Shown piece after piece: positions 32,630 to 44,300 of a stretch of DNA of 64,000 bases (position 1 is its first letter; each line of letters starts with the position of its first letter). A program made the position numbers and the translations under genes. The stretch is from Micrococcales bacterium (GTDB lineage Bacteria > Actinomycetota > Actinomycetes > Actinomycetales > Microbacteriaceae). The notes beneath the pieces are model-generated. The model saw nothing but the letters and a program-made list of their open reading frames with translations, was not told the DNA's origin and did not search any database. The stretch is from assembly GCA_947483795.1 (NCBI GenBank), contig CANKLZ010000001.1, forward strand, positions 9,071 to 73,070. Reading direction: 5' to 3'.

Positions 32630-34102
32630 CTACTCTGCGCTGTTTAGCTTGTCGCGTAGAGCAGATAGTGCCTCATCTTCAGAAAGAGTTCCCTCTGAAG
32701 CTGTGACACCTTCAGATGAAGACGAAGTAGTTGTAGAGGCCTGAACTTCCGGCTTCACATCTGGAAGGCTTGCTGCAAGAGCGTTTGCTGCTGCAACCTG
32801 CTTCTTGTGCTCTTCCCAACGAGCGTGAGCCTCAGCGTATTCCTTCTCCCACTTAGCCTTGGCATCTTCGAATCCTGGCTTCCACTCACTAGTTTCTGAG
32901 TTGAATCCTTCTGGATACTTGTAGTTGCCATTCTCGTCGAAGTCGGTAGCCAATCCGTATAGTGCTGGGTTGAAATCAGTACCTTCTGGATTTACTTCTT
33001 CAGTAGCCTGCTTCAATGAAAGTGAGATTCGACGACGATCTAGATCGATGTCGATAACCTTCACAAATACATCTTGATTGACTGTTACAACCTGGCTAGC
33101 AAGGTCGATGTGCTTTGCAGATAGTTCACTGATGTGGACTAAGCCTTCAATGCCATCTGCAACGCGCACGAAAGCACCGAAAGGAACAATCTTGGTAACA
33201 ACACCAGGTGCGTACTGACCAATAGCGTGTGATCTGGCGAATACCTGCCATGGGTCTTCTTGAGTTGCCTTAAGAGATAACGACACGCGCTCTCTCTCGC
33301 CATCAACTTCGAGAACCTCAACAGTTACTTCTTGGCCGATCTCAACAACTTCGCTTGCGTGCTCGATGTGCTTCCATGAAAGCTCGCTCACGTGAACTAG
33401 ACCATCAACACCACCAAGGTCAATGAAGGCACCGAAGTTGACGATAGATGAAACAACACCGGTACGAATCTGACCTTTAGCAAGATCTGCTAGGAATGTG
33501 CTGCGGTTAGCAGACTGAGATTCCTCGAGAAGAGCACGACGAGATAGCACCACGTTGTTACGGTTCTTGTCGAGTTCCAAAATCTTTGCGTCAACATTTT
33601 GACCCAGGTATGGAGTCAGATCGCGTACACGGCGCAGTTCGATTAGAGATGCAGGAAGGAACCCACGAAGACCAATGTCAACGATAAGTCCACCCTTGAC
33701 AACTTCGATTACCAAACCGGTAACGACGCCATCAGCTTCCTTGATCTTTTCAACATCGCCCCACGCGCGTTCGTACTGAGCGCGCTTCTTAGAAAGAATT
33801 AGTCGGCCTTCTTTGTCTTCTTTCTGAAGAACGAGGGCCTCGATTACATCACCAACAGAAACGATGTCACCTGGAGCTGCATCGTGTCGGATGGATAGTT
33901 CGCGTGAAGGGATAACACCTTCAGTTTTGTAACCTACGTCGAGAAGAACCTCATCGCGGTCAATCTTGACAACGATACCTGCGATTAAATCGCCGTCGTT
34001 GAATGATTTAAGGGTTTTTTCGATTTCTGCTAGAAGCTCTTCAGCTGAGCCGATGTCGTTTACTGCTACCTGCTTAGGAGCATTTTCGGTGTTACTTGTC
34101 AT
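32630..34102 (-). CDS. rpsA: 30S ribosomal protein S1
   Basis: Four S1 repeats; actinobacterial QVAVNDIG N-terminus. Confidence 0.98.
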   Translation of the reverse strand: MTSNTENAPKQVAVNDIGSAEELLAEIEKTLKSFNDGDLIAGIVVKIDRDEVLLDVGYKTEGVIPSRELSIRHDAAPGDIVSVGDVIEALVLQKEDKEGRLILSKKRAQYERAWGDVEKIKEADGVVTGLVIEVVKGGLIVDIGLRGFLPASLIELRRVRDLTPYLGQNVDAKILELDKNRNNVVLSRRALLEESQSANRSTFLADLAKGQIRTGVVSSIVNFGAFIDLGGVDGLVHVSELSWKHIEHASEVVEIGQEVTVEVLEVDGERERVSLSLKATQEDPWQVFARSHAIGQYAPGVVTKIVPFGAFVRVADGIEGLVHISELSAKHIDLASQVVTVNQDVFVKVIDIDLDRRRISLSLKQATEEVNPEGTDFNPALYGLATDFDENGNYKYPEGFNSETSEWKPGFEDAKAKWEKEYAEAHARWEEHKKQVAAANALAASLPDVKPEVQASTTTSSSSEGVTASEGTLSEDEALSALRDKLNSAE

Positions 34103-34226
34103 AGAGAGATTGTCTCGATCTTGTTTTTACTCGGGCCAATCACTTTGGGTAACTACAGGGCGCAGAAACTTTAAGCAATTGAACGTGGACTGGAATTTGT
34201 AGGTCCAAACTGGACCTTGGGCAAGT

Positions 34227-34493
34227 CTATACGGTCTTTTCCCCTGAAACAATGCGAATTAGTGACTCGAGGATAACGCTTTCTTCTGGGCCATCGACTT
34301 CAATGACAAGCTCTTCGCCATGTTTGGCTCCGAGGCTCAAAACCGCAAGAATGCTAGTTCCCTCTGCCCTCTTGCCCGTTCGATTGACGACCTGAACCTT
34401 ATGGCCACTTAGTGAGGCGACTCTGACGAAGTCGGCGGCAGGTCTGGCATGGAGGCCAACCACTGGCCCAACTGTCACAGTACTCTTGACCAT
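34227..34493 (-). CDS. ptsH: HPr family phosphocarrier protein
   Basis: GLHARPA (His15 motif) and TSILAVLSLG (Ser46 motif); ATG overlaps the polA stop (TAATG). Confidence 0.88.
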   Translation of the reverse strand: MVKSTVTVGPVVGLHARPAADFVRVASLSGHKVQVVNRTGKRAEGTSILAVLSLGAKHGEELVIEVDGPEESVILESLIRIVSGEKTV

Positions 34494-37159
34494 TAGTGGG
34501 CTGCCTCGTCCCAACTCTTTCCAATTCCCACACTGACCTCAAGGGGTACGGCAAGATTAGCGGCTTCGTTCATACCTTGGATTACCAGGCCCTTTACCTT
34601 TTCCAACTCACCCGTTGCCACCTCAATGACCAATTCATCGTGAACCTGGAGCAAGATACGGCTCTGAACTTTAGCCTTGACCAATGCCCTATCAACATTA
34701 ATCATGGCTGTCTTCATGATGTCAGCGGCGGTTCCTTGAATCGGTGCGTTGAGGGCAGCTCGACGAGCGTTTTCCTTGACGGCAAAGATTTTGCTCTTCA
34801 AATCAGGGAATGGTCTTCGACGACCAGCAATGGTTTCGGTGTAGCCACGATCCTTGGCTTCTTCAACAACTTCACTCAGGTACCTTCTCACTCCGCCGAA
34901 TCGGTCGAAGTAATCGGCCATAAGTTGCTTGGCATCAGCATTACTAATTCTCAGCTGTTTGGCTAAACCATATTCGCTTAGCCCATAGACGAGGCCGTAG
35001 GACATGGCCTTGACTTTAGATCTCATAGCTCCGGTTACCTCTGCCGGTGGAACGCCATAGATTCTTGAACCAACGAATTTGTGTAGGTCTTCGCCCGATT
35101 TGAATGCCTCAATCAATCCTTCATCTTGGCTTAGGTGAGCAAGAATTCTCATCTCTATCTGGGAATAGTCTGCTGTTAGCAAGGTTTCGAAACCTTCACC
35201 TACGATGAAGGCATCTCTGATAAGTCTTCCTCTATCGCTTCTTACTGGAATGTTCTGCAAGTTAGGGTTCTCGGAAGAGAGTCGCCCCGTTGATGTGCCA
35301 GTCTGAACGTAAGTCGTATGTATTCGAGAATCGTTTTCAACCGATCTACTTATGGTTTCTACGATCTGGCGAATCTTTGTTAGTTCTCTATGAGCCAAAA
35401 GTTTCTCTAAGAATGGATGACCATTCTGTTCAAAGAGAGTTGTCAATGCTTCTGCGTTGGTAGAGAAACCAGTTTTTACCTTGCTAGTTCCTGCCATCCC
35501 TAAATCTTCAAACAGCACTGACTGCAGTTGCTTGGGTGAAGCTAAATTGATTTCCTTGCCGATAATCGCGTAGCATTGCGTGGCTATGGTTGAAATTTCT
35601 TTGTCGAGTTTCTTTACAAGTTTGGCCAGTCCAGCAATATCAAGCGATATACCAGTGTGCTCCATCTTTGCCAGAGGACTACTTGAAGCTAGCTCTACTT
35701 CTCTATAAACGTCCGTTTGTTTAGTTCTATCTAAGACGTTGGCGAGTGATGAGTTCAGCTGCAAGACGTGCCAGGCAATAGACGAAAGATCCTTATCTGG
35801 CTGAACGAGCTCTTCTTGTGATTCAGTATCGAGAACTACACCTAGGTATTCACTAATTAGTTCTTCTGCACCGAATCCACGTCTCAGAGGATTATCGATG
35901 TATGCCATGAGCATTGGGTCATCCACAACACCGTTCAGTGTTTTGCCCAGGCCCAGTAGAGATCTTTCGGTGGCCTTAGCGTTAAAGATTATTTTAGGTT
36001 GGCTTGATGCTAACCACGTTAAGAAGTCCTTGTCGAACTCTTTGTAGGTGAGAGATGTTCGTAGCGTCGCGTTAGCGATGCCCGCACCCAGAATGCTTTC
36101 ATCGCCGAAATCAAAATACACAGCGCTTGGCTTAGAAGATGAAAAAATCTTGGCTAGAGCATCGCTCTTGTTCTTTATTTCCTTAGGCATTAGTAGTTCC
36201 ACCCTCGAAGAAACTTCTTCGATAACTTCTTCAGAGAGCGTCCCAGTGTCCGTCGCTGGTTTTGAGCCGTCAGCTACACCTAATGAACGAAGGACTCTTT
36301 CTAGAAGCGACTTGAAATGCATCTTGGCAAAAGAGTCGCGAACAGCGCTCTCGTTCACCGGTTTCATCGCGAAAGCGTCAAAAGAATACCCGCAGTCAAG
36401 ATCCCGAACCAAATGATTGAGTCTTCTATTTCGAACAGCTAGTTCTTGGTGTTCTCTTAGGCTCTCTCCCACTTTGCCAGGTATGTCATTTTGAGCGGCC
36501 AAGACACCAGCGAGGTCTCCGAACTGTTGCAACCACTTGGCAGCAGTCTTCGGTCCAACTCCTGGTACACCAGGAAGGTTATCTGATGTTTCACCCACAA
36601 GAGCCGCTAAGTCTGGGTATTGCTTGGCGTGAATGCCATATTTTTGTAGGACTGCCGCATCAGTCATGCGAGCTAGATTCATGACACCTTTGACGGGGTA
36701 AAGAATTGTCACATCATCTTGAATCAATTGGAATGTGTCTCGATCTCCCGAAACGATGAGAACTTTATACCCCGCTGCAGCACCCTGGTCGGCAAGGCTT
36801 GCTATCACATCGTCGGCTTCGTAGTTTTCTCTGGTCAGAGTCAAAATGTTCATTGCGGCCAGAGCAGATGTGAGTAACTCAGTTTGACCATTGAATTCCG
36901 GTGGACTTTCGCCTCTAGTGCCCTTGTATTCCGGATACTCTTCGGTTCTAAATGAATGACGTGAAAGATCGAAAGCCACCGCTAAGTGGGTTGGTTTCTC
37001 ATTCTGAAGAATGTTTAGGAGCATGGAGATGAAACCGTGTACGGCATTGGTATGTTGACCATCTGGCGTTTTGAAAGCGTCAGGACTAAGAGCGTAAAAT
37101 GCCCTGAATGCCAATGAGTGACCATCAATCAGCAAAAGAGTAGGCTTGTTATTGGTCAT
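34493..37159 (-). CDS. polA: DNA polymerase I
   Basis: 5'-3' exonuclease LIDGHSLAFRAF, EADD; polymerase motifs TGRLSS, ADYSQIE, VHDE. Confidence 0.98.
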   Translation of the reverse strand: MTNNKPTLLLIDGHSLAFRAFYALSPDAFKTPDGQHTNAVHGFISMLLNILQNEKPTHLAVAFDLSRHSFRTEEYPEYKGTRGESPPEFNGQTELLTSALAAMNILTLTRENYEADDVIASLADQGAAAGYKVLIVSGDRDTFQLIQDDVTILYPVKGVMNLARMTDAAVLQKYGIHAKQYPDLAALVGETSDNLPGVPGVGPKTAAKWLQQFGDLAGVLAAQNDIPGKVGESLREHQELAVRNRRLNHLVRDLDCGYSFDAFAMKPVNESAVRDSFAKMHFKSLLERVLRSLGVADGSKPATDTGTLSEEVIEEVSSRVELLMPKEIKNKSDALAKIFSSSKPSAVYFDFGDESILGAGIANATLRTSLTYKEFDKDFLTWLASSQPKIIFNAKATERSLLGLGKTLNGVVDDPMLMAYIDNPLRRGFGAEELISEYLGVVLDTESQEELVQPDKDLSSIAWHVLQLNSSLANVLDRTKQTDVYREVELASSSPLAKMEHTGISLDIAGLAKLVKKLDKEISTIATQCYAIIGKEINLASPKQLQSVLFEDLGMAGTSKVKTGFSTNAEALTTLFEQNGHPFLEKLLAHRELTKIRQIVETISRSVENDSRIHTTYVQTGTSTGRLSSENPNLQNIPVRSDRGRLIRDAFIVGEGFETLLTADYSQIEMRILAHLSQDEGLIEAFKSGEDLHKFVGSRIYGVPPAEVTGAMRSKVKAMSYGLVYGLSEYGLAKQLRISNADAKQLMADYFDRFGGVRRYLSEVVEEAKDRGYTETIAGRRRPFPDLKSKIFAVKENARRAALNAPIQGTAADIMKTAMINVDRALVKAKVQSRILLQVHDELVIEVATGELEKVKGLVIQGMNEAANLAVPLEVSVGIGKSWDEAAH

Positions 37160-37217
37160 TGAAATAGCCTAACTTGACCTTTGTGAAACTATTGCCAACA
37201 GGGCTAAGAGGGATTCA

Positions 37218-37637
37218 ATGTCTTCCGAACTAACTCCAGAGATGGCTGAATGGCTTGAAAAGCGTGGCTTAGGCGAACTAGCTGACCGAATGGGCATCAA
37301 GATTATTTCCATTAACGGCACCCACGGAGTTGCCACCATGCCAGCTTCTGGTAATAAGCAACCGCTTGGGATTGTCCATGGTGGGGCTTATGTTGTTCTA
37401 GCTGAAACGCTAGGCAGCATGTGTGCCACATTAGCCGCGGGGCCAGATAGACATGCGGTGGGTATCGAGATAAACGCTTCTCACACGAAGAGCTGCACTG
37501 ACGGAATCATCACCGCTACCGCTAGAGCAATAAATATTGGACGCAATCTTGCCACTCACGAGGTGGCTGTTGATGATGAAAAGGGAAACAGATTGTCGAC
37601 AGTTAGAATTACGAACTTCCTTAGAGATAACCGCTAG
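37218..37637 (+). CDS. PaaI/hotdog-fold thioesterase
   Basis: NKQPLGIVHGGA, AETLGS, GIEINASH. Confidence 0.9.
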   Translation: MSSELTPEMAEWLEKRGLGELADRMGIKIISINGTHGVATMPASGNKQPLGIVHGGAYVVLAETLGSMCATLAAGPDRHAVGIEINASHTKSCTDGIITATARAINIGRNLATHEVAVDDEKGNRLSTVRITNFLRDNR

Positions 37638-38224
37638 TTCTTATCTGCCAACTGTTCGATGACAGTCTGAGCGACCTGCTTCATAGAAAGCCTTCTATCC
37701 ATCGAAGCTTTCTGTATCCAACGGAAGGCTTCCGGCTCGTTAAGCTTCATCTTCTCGGTCAAGAGACCTTTAGCTCGATCAACCAGTTTCCTAGTCTCCA
37801 ATTTCTCGGTGATTTCATCAACCTCATTGGCTGAAGTCATCATCCGTTGGTGCAGTGAGAGTGCAATTCGAAGTGCTGGAATCAGGTTGCTTGGGTTAAA
37901 GGGTTTGACGACATAACTGTAGACACCAGCCGCGCTTGCTCTATCCACCAGATCTTGAGAGCTAAACGCAGTAAGAAGCACTACCGGCAGTTTATGTTCG
38001 GCCAAAACCTCTGCAGCTTGCAATCCATCAGTGCCAGGCATCTCTATGTCCATCAGCACTAAATCTGGCATTAGTTCAAGAGCCAATCGAACAGCTTCTG
38101 CGCCATCTCCTGCCTGGCCGACAACCTCAAAACCTGACTCAATCAGTGTTTCTACTATGTCTAATCTGATGATTGCCTCATCTTCAGCGACTACTACTCT
38201 AGGCAGGGCAATCGGGCTATCCAT
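37634..38224 (-). CDS. pdtaR: ANTAR-domain response regulator (PdtaR-like)
   Basis: REC domain (AEDE, MDIEMP, KPF) plus ANTAR domain (RKLVDRAKG, EPEAFRWIQKASMDRR). Confidence 0.88.
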   Translation of the reverse strand: MDSPIALPRVVVAEDEAIIRLDIVETLIESGFEVVGQAGDGAEAVRLALELMPDLVLMDIEMPGTDGLQAAEVLAEHKLPVVLLTAFSSQDLVDRASAAGVYSYVVKPFNPSNLIPALRIALSLHQRMMTSANEVDEITEKLETRKLVDRAKGLLTEKMKLNEPEAFRWIQKASMDRRLSMKQVAQTVIEQLADKN

Positions 38225-38286
38225 AGTTTTACATTACTGCGATAAACGCAAAACTCTGGAATGGTTTAGACTTTTCATCGTTACTT

Positions 38287-38372
38287 GCCGAAGTGGCGAA
38301 ATGGCAGACGCGGAGCACTCAAAATGCTTTGCTCGAAAGGGCGTGTGGGTTCGACTCCCACCTTCGGCACCA
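38287..38372 (+). tRNA. tRNA-Leu (anticodon CAA)
   Basis: Acceptor stem GCCGAAG/CTTCGGC-ACCA, anticodon arm GAGCA-CTCAAAA-TGCTT, long variable arm, GGTTCGACTCC T-arm, encoded CCA. Confidence 0.96.
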
Positions 38373-38410
38373 AAAATAGAACCCCCAAAAACTTTGGGGG
38401 TTCTTTCTTT
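38373..38410. terminator. Bidirectional intrinsic terminator between tRNA-Leu and pyk
   Basis: AGAACCCCCAAA-AAC-TTTGGGGGTTCT (38378-38404) flanked by A-rich and T-rich runs. Confidence 0.85.
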
Positions 38411-39851
38411 ATCTTGCATAGGCTGGAGCAGCTCCGTTGATGGCATCGCCGACTCGATGAACTCTAAGGGAGTTGGTTGAGCCTGGAATGCCAGGTGGGG
38501 TTCCCGCCACTACAACTACCTCATCACCAATCTTGGCCAAGCCCTTACCAATAAGAATCTCATCAACCTGATGCATCATCTCGTCTGTGTGAGTGACTTC
38601 TTTGACTAAGTGAACGTTAGATCCCCACACCAATGAGAGTCGGTGTTGAGTCTCTTCAGAAGGAGTGAAGGCGATTGTAGGAATTTCGTGACGCAGTCTG
38701 GCGACTCTTCTGAGTGAATCTCCACTTTCGGTGAAGACACAAATGTACTTAGAACCAAGAAGTTCAGCTATTTCAGCGGCTGCGAGAGTCACAGCGCCGC
38801 CATGGGTGTGTGGCTTAGTTCCTAGAGGAGGAATACGACTCAAGCCGTTATCTTCTGTGGATTCGATGATACTTGCCATGGCTGCAACGGTTTCAACTGG
38901 GAACTCTCCAACTGAAGTTTCACCCGATAGCATCAAACAGTCAGCTCCATCCAGGACCGCGTTCGCAACATCGCTAGCTTCCGCTCTAGTTGGCCTTGAT
39001 GCGGAAATCATAGATTCAAGCATCTGGGTGGCAACGATAACTGGCTTTGCCCATCTTCTAGATAGTTCGATGGCGCGCTTTTGGACTAGAGGAACTTGCC
39101 AGAATGGCAACTCAACGCCTAGGTCACCACGAGCAACCATTACGCCATCAAATGCATCAATGATTTCCTCTAGAGCCTCAACAGCCTGAGGCTTTTCAAT
39201 CTTCGCTATAACCGGAAGAAACTTACCTTCTTCCTTCATAATCTCGTGCACGCGAACAACGTCAGATGCGTTACGCACGAAAGACAAAGCAATCATGTCT
39301 ACACCTAAGCGAATTCCCCAACGAAGATCATCTTCATCTTTCTCACTTAGGGCAGGGACATTAACGGCTACGCCAGGAAGGTTTATGCCCTTGTTGTTGC
39401 TGATAACACCTGGGACTTCAACGACTGTTGTTACGGACGTGTCGTCAACAGCTGTGGCTCTTAGTCCAACTTTTCCATCGTCAATAAGAAGCACATCACC
39501 AACCCTCACATCTCCCGGCAAACCCTTGAAGGTTGTGGAACAGATGTTGACATCGCCTTGGATGTCCTCAATAGTGATGGTGAAGGTGGCACCCTTGGTT
39601 AGTGTCACTGGACCGTCAGCGAATCGTCCCAATCGAATTTTCGGACCTTGCAGGTCAACAAAGATTCCAATTGGCTTGTTCAGATCTGCGGCAACCTGTC
39701 GAACAATCTTGTATAGGCCTTCGTGCACGTCATAACTACCGTGGCTGAGATTCAATCTGGCGACATCAACACCAGCTTCAACTATTGCTTTGATTGAATC
39801 GTAGGTTGATACTGCTGGACCTAGGGTCGCAATGATCTTGGCGCGTCTCAT
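38409..39851 (-). CDS. pyk: Pyruvate kinase
   Basis: KIIATLGP, DLQGPKIR, MVARGDLGVE, ATQMLESM, MLSGET. Confidence 0.98.
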   Translation of the reverse strand: MRRAKIIATLGPAVSTYDSIKAIVEAGVDVARLNLSHGSYDVHEGLYKIVRQVAADLNKPIGIFVDLQGPKIRLGRFADGPVTLTKGATFTITIEDIQGDVNICSTTFKGLPGDVRVGDVLLIDDGKVGLRATAVDDTSVTTVVEVPGVISNNKGINLPGVAVNVPALSEKDEDDLRWGIRLGVDMIALSFVRNASDVVRVHEIMKEEGKFLPVIAKIEKPQAVEALEEIIDAFDGVMVARGDLGVELPFWQVPLVQKRAIELSRRWAKPVIVATQMLESMISASRPTRAEASDVANAVLDGADCLMLSGETSVGEFPVETVAAMASIIESTEDNGLSRIPPLGTKPHTHGGAVTLAAAEIAELLGSKYICVFTESGDSLRRVARLRHEIPTIAFTPSEETQHRLSLVWGSNVHLVKEVTHTDEMMHQVDEILIGKGLAKIGDEVVVVAGTPPGIPGSTNSLRVHRVGDAINGAAPAYAR

Positions 39852-39894
39852 ATTTTCCTTTTACTAGTGTTGCACTTGTTAGCCTACCGAAGGG

Positions 39895-41349
39895 TTAGGC
39901 GTGTATTCCTACATCGGTTGGTTTTACTGGGAAGGGTAGAGAAGTTGTACCCTCAAGGTATTCATCGATTGCAGAGGCAGCAGCTCGACCTTCGGCAATA
40001 GCCCAAACGATAAGACTTGCACCTCTGCCGGCGTCACCTGCTACGAAAACGCCGTCAATGTTAGTTGCATACTTTTGATTACGGGCTAGATTGTCTTGAG
40101 AGTCTGTTGCTACAAATGTTGAGTCAACTGAGATAGCGGTTTCAGGACCAGTAAAACCAAGCGCAAGCAACACTAAATCTGCTTCAATTACAGCCTCAGT
40201 TCCAAGCTTTGGCACTCGCCTACCGTCAACAAATTCAGTTTCAGCAATTTCAATTCCTGTCACATTTCCATTTGTACCGAGGAACCGAACTGTGTTCGCA
40301 AGATACTTTCTCTCGCCAAACTCTTCATGTGCGCTAGCTATTTCAAACAGGGTTGGGAACGTTGGCCAAGGTTGATTCTCACTGCGTTCAACCGGAGGCT
40401 GGTTCCCAATCGCGAGTGTGGTGACAGATACGGCTCCTTGTCGAGTTGCTGTTCCTAGGCAGTCAGCTCCAGTGTCGCCGCCTCCCAGAATAACTACCTT
40501 CTTACCACTAGCCACAATTTGATCAAGCACATCTTCCCCTGAAACTGCCCAGTTAGCCTGGGTTAGGTAATCCATGGCGAAATGAATTCCGGAAAGTTCT
40601 CTTCCTTCAATCTCGAGATCACGTGGTTTGGGAGCTCCGGTTGCTACTAGCACCGCTTCATATCTTCTAAACAGATCATCCCAAGTTATATCTGTGCCTA
40701 TGTTTATCCCGGTTCTAAATCTGGTTCCTTCAGCTTCCATTTGTTCAAGGCGACGATCGATGTGATGTTTTTCCATTTTGAAATCAGGAATTCCATACCG
40801 AAGCAGGCCACCGATTTGCTTGTCTCTTTCGTACACGGCTACCGTGTGTCCTGCACGAGTAAGTTGTTGAGCCGCTGCAAGTCCTGCCGGACCTGACCCA
40901 ACGATCGCAACCGTCTTGCCAGTCATACGTTCAGGCGCGTGAGCTTGGACCCAACCCTTATCGAAAGCCTGCTCAATTATTGAAGCTTCTATTTCCTTGA
41001 TTGTTACAGCGGGTTGGTTGATCCCAAGAACACAAGAGCTCTCACAAGGCGCGGGGCAAAGCTTTCCTGTAAATTCCGGGAAGTTGTTAGTTGCGTGCAG
41101 TCTTTCGATTGCTGACTTGCCATCTTGACGCCAAGTTAAATCGTTCCACTCTGGAATTAAATTTCCCAATGGACAACCGTGGTGACAGAAAGCAATACCG
41201 CAATCCATGCAACGACCTGCTTGATTTTTTAGTACAGCGGGGTCAGTAGGTTCGTAAACTTCTTTCCAGTCTTTAATGCGAACATCAATGGGACGTCGTT
41301 TGGCTGTCTCACGCTCTGTTACTTTGAGGAAACCTCTAGGATCTGCCAT
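39895..41349 (-). CDS. gltD: Glutamate synthase small subunit
   Basis: [29 protein letters not shown]; ATG at 41349 follows GGAGGTGA. Confidence 0.96.
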   Translation of the reverse strand: MADPRGFLKVTERETAKRRPIDVRIKDWKEVYEPTDPAVLKNQAGRCMDCGIAFCHHGCPLGNLIPEWNDLTWRQDGKSAIERLHATNNFPEFTGKLCPAPCESSCVLGINQPAVTIKEIEASIIEQAFDKGWVQAHAPERMTGKTVAIVGSGPAGLAAAQQLTRAGHTVAVYERDKQIGGLLRYGIPDFKMEKHHIDRRLEQMEAEGTRFRTGINIGTDITWDDLFRRYEAVLVATGAPKPRDLEIEGRELSGIHFAMDYLTQANWAVSGEDVLDQIVASGKKVVILGGGDTGADCLGTATRQGAVSVTTLAIGNQPPVERSENQPWPTFPTLFEIASAHEEFGERKYLANTVRFLGTNGNVTGIEIAETEFVDGRRVPKLGTEAVIEADLVLLALGFTGPETAISVDSTFVATDSQDNLARNQKYATNIDGVFVAGDAGRGASLIVWAIAEGRAAASAIDEYLEGTTSLPFPVKPTDVGIHA

Positions 41350-44300
41350 TCGCACTCACCTCCAAAATTCTTTGCCAGACAACAGCGCCTGCCAAGTCTT
41401 CCCCATTCAGAGTTGCGGCTGCTTGAATCTTCTTCACATTTGCGTAGTCTCTTGGCAAAACTTTAGTGAAGTCGTCAACACTCGAACCGAAGTCTGCGAT
41501 CAATCTGGCGGCTAATTTAGAGCCTGTCTCAAGTTCATGTCTAGCCAACAGCGACTGTAAAAGTTCTCCATCTATTTCGTCGAGTTTCAGCAAATCAATT
41601 TCGCCATCTGTTAGTGCGCTGTGGTTGACTAGGTCGGCTCTGAGTTTATAGACGTAGGCGACACCACCTGACATTCCAGCCGCAAAGTTCTTTCCAGTTC
41701 TACCAAGGATGACCGCCGTTCCTCCGGTCATATACTCAAGGCCGTGGTCACCAACACCTTCAACAACGGCTATTGCTCCTGAGTTTCTCACCAAGAAACG
41801 TTCTCCAACTATTCCAGATAGGAACATGCTTCCACTTGTTGCGCCGTAGCCAATCACGTTTCCTGCGATAACGTTTTGCTCCGCAGGGAAAACCGAGCTT
41901 TCTGAGGGTCTTACTACTATGACTCCCCCCGATAAACCTTTACCGACGTAGTCGTTGGAATCTCCTGAGATTGTTAGTTTGATACCGCTAGGAATGAAAG
42001 CACCGAAGGACTGCCCGGCAGATCCAGCCACACGAACATCGATGGTTGCTTCAGGCAGACCAGCAGCTCCATACAGTTTGGTAACCTCATGTCCGAGCAT
42101 GGTGCCCACCGCTTGAGCTGTATTTCTGATCGGAAGTTCAATCACAACTTTTTGAGCATCTTCTAAAGCTGCTGTACTGAGTTTGATGAGCTCGTGATCA
42201 AAGTGTTTCTCTAATTCGTGGTCTTGGTAGGTGAATCTTCTGAGTGGACCGGTGTTAGGTTGTGGAGCAGAAAGTATTGGCGTTAGGTCTAAGCCATCAG
42301 CTTTCCAGTGCGAGATTGCTCTGTTTGCATCCAGCAACTCGCTGTGACCAATAGCCTCGTCGAGTGATCTGAAACCTAAAGCTGCTAGGTACTCTCGTAC
42401 TTCTTCAGCCAAGAACATGAAGAAGTTGACAACATGTTCAGCTTGACCTGTGTAGCGTGCTCGAAGGTCTGGGTTTTGGGTAGCTACACCAACTGGACAA
42501 GTGTCGAGGTGGCAAACACGCATCATGACACAGCCTGAGACAACTAATGGAGCCGTTGCAAAACCAAACTCTTCAGCACCCAGAAGTGCCGCTATAACCA
42601 CATCGCGACCAGTCTTCATTTGACCGTCGACCTGAACTGAAACGCGATCTCTAAGCCCATTAGCCATTAAAGTCTGTTGTGTCTCCGCAAGACCAAGTTC
42701 CCAAGGTGTTCCTGCGTGTTTCAGTGAATTTAGAGGTGACGCACCAGTGCCACCATCGTGGCCTGAGACCAGGATTACATCGGCTTTAGCTTTAGCAACA
42801 CCTGCTGCAACTGTACCGATACCAACTTGGCTCACAAGCTTCACGTGCACACGAGCACTGGAGTTGGCTCTCTTCAGATCGAAAATTAGTTGCTTTAGAT
42901 CTTCAATCGAGTAAATGTCGTGATGTGGTGGTGGAGAGATCAATCCAACACCTGGTGTTGAATGTCTGATGTCAGCAATCCATGGGTAAACCTTGTTAGG
43001 CGGTAGCTGGCCACCTTCGCCCGGCTTTGCTCCTTGAGCCATCTTGATTTGAATGTCATCAGCGTGAGAAAGATACATGCTTGTAACGCCGAATCGACCC
43101 GAGGCAACCTGCTTGATAGCACTGCGTCTTGCAGGGTCCAGTAGACGACCCACTTCTTCGCCACCTTCTCCCGTGTTGGATTTAGCGCCAATCATGTTCA
43201 TGGCTATAGCAAGCGTTTCATGTGCCTCAGGTGAGATCGAACCGTAAGACATGGCTCCGGTTGAGAACCTCTTAACAATTTCGGTTGCTGGTTCAACCTC
43301 ATTTAGCGGAACGGAAGGACGCACTCCCTCACGCAGCAGGAAAAGTCCTCTAAGCGTCATGAGTTGCTCCGCTTGGTCATCAATCAGTTTTGTGTACTGT
43401 CTAAAGATGTCGAAACGTTTAGTTTTGGTGGCGTGCTGAAGTTTGAAGATAGTTTCAGGGTTGAAAAGATGTGGTGGACCTTCTCGGCGCCACTGGTACT
43501 CGCCACCTACTTCAAGTGTTTCGTGAGGTCGAATAGCTCTATCAATTGGATAGGCACTCGAGTGCCTCGTTGTGATTTCTTCAACAATTACTTCTATGCC
43601 GATGCCACCAAGTTGACTTGTTGTTCCAGTGAAGTATGCATCAACGAACTCTTGACTTAGACCAATTGCCTCGAAGCACTGGGCTCCTGAATAAGAGGAA
43701 ACGGTTGAGATACCCATCTTCGACATAATCTTTAGAACACCTTTACCAAGACCCTTGATCATGTTCTTAGTAGCCTGTTCGATGGTTACACCTTGAATAG
43801 TTCCGTTGCGAACCATTAGTTCAACAGATTCGATTACTAGGTATGGGTTGATCGCTGCAGCACCAAAGCCAATTAGAGCAGCAACGTGGTGCACTTCTCT
43901 CACATCTCCTGCTTCAACAACTAGACCGACTCTGGTTCGGTTGCCTGTCTTGATTAGGTGGTGGTGAACAGCTGAGGTCAGAAGAAGGCTTGGTATTGGC
44001 GCAAGTTCCCTGTTGCTATCGCGGTCTGATACGACGACGAAGTTACACCCAGAGGCGACCGCTTCATCTAATTCGGAGCACAATTCCTTTAGCCTCTGAA
44101 CTAAGGCTTCTGCTCCTTCATCAACTCGGAATAAACCCTTAACAATGTGTGACTTACCGATACCAGAATCCTCACTGAACTTGATTTTGGATATCTCATC
44201 GTTAGTTAACACCGGGAAATCTAAGATAACCATGCGTGCATGTTCAGGAGTAGCTGAAAGTAGGTTTTGCTCAGGGCCAATCCCCACTCCAAGTGAGGTG

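Noticed and set aside
38287-38410. tRNA-Leu as a possible integration site
   Set aside because: It is followed directly by a terminator and pyk; no integrase or duplicated 3' end was seen.
38031-38480. 149-aa plus-strand ORF and 70-aa minus-strand ORF spanning the tRNA
   Set aside because: They overlap tRNA-Leu, its terminator and pdtaR/pyk, so they are spurious.
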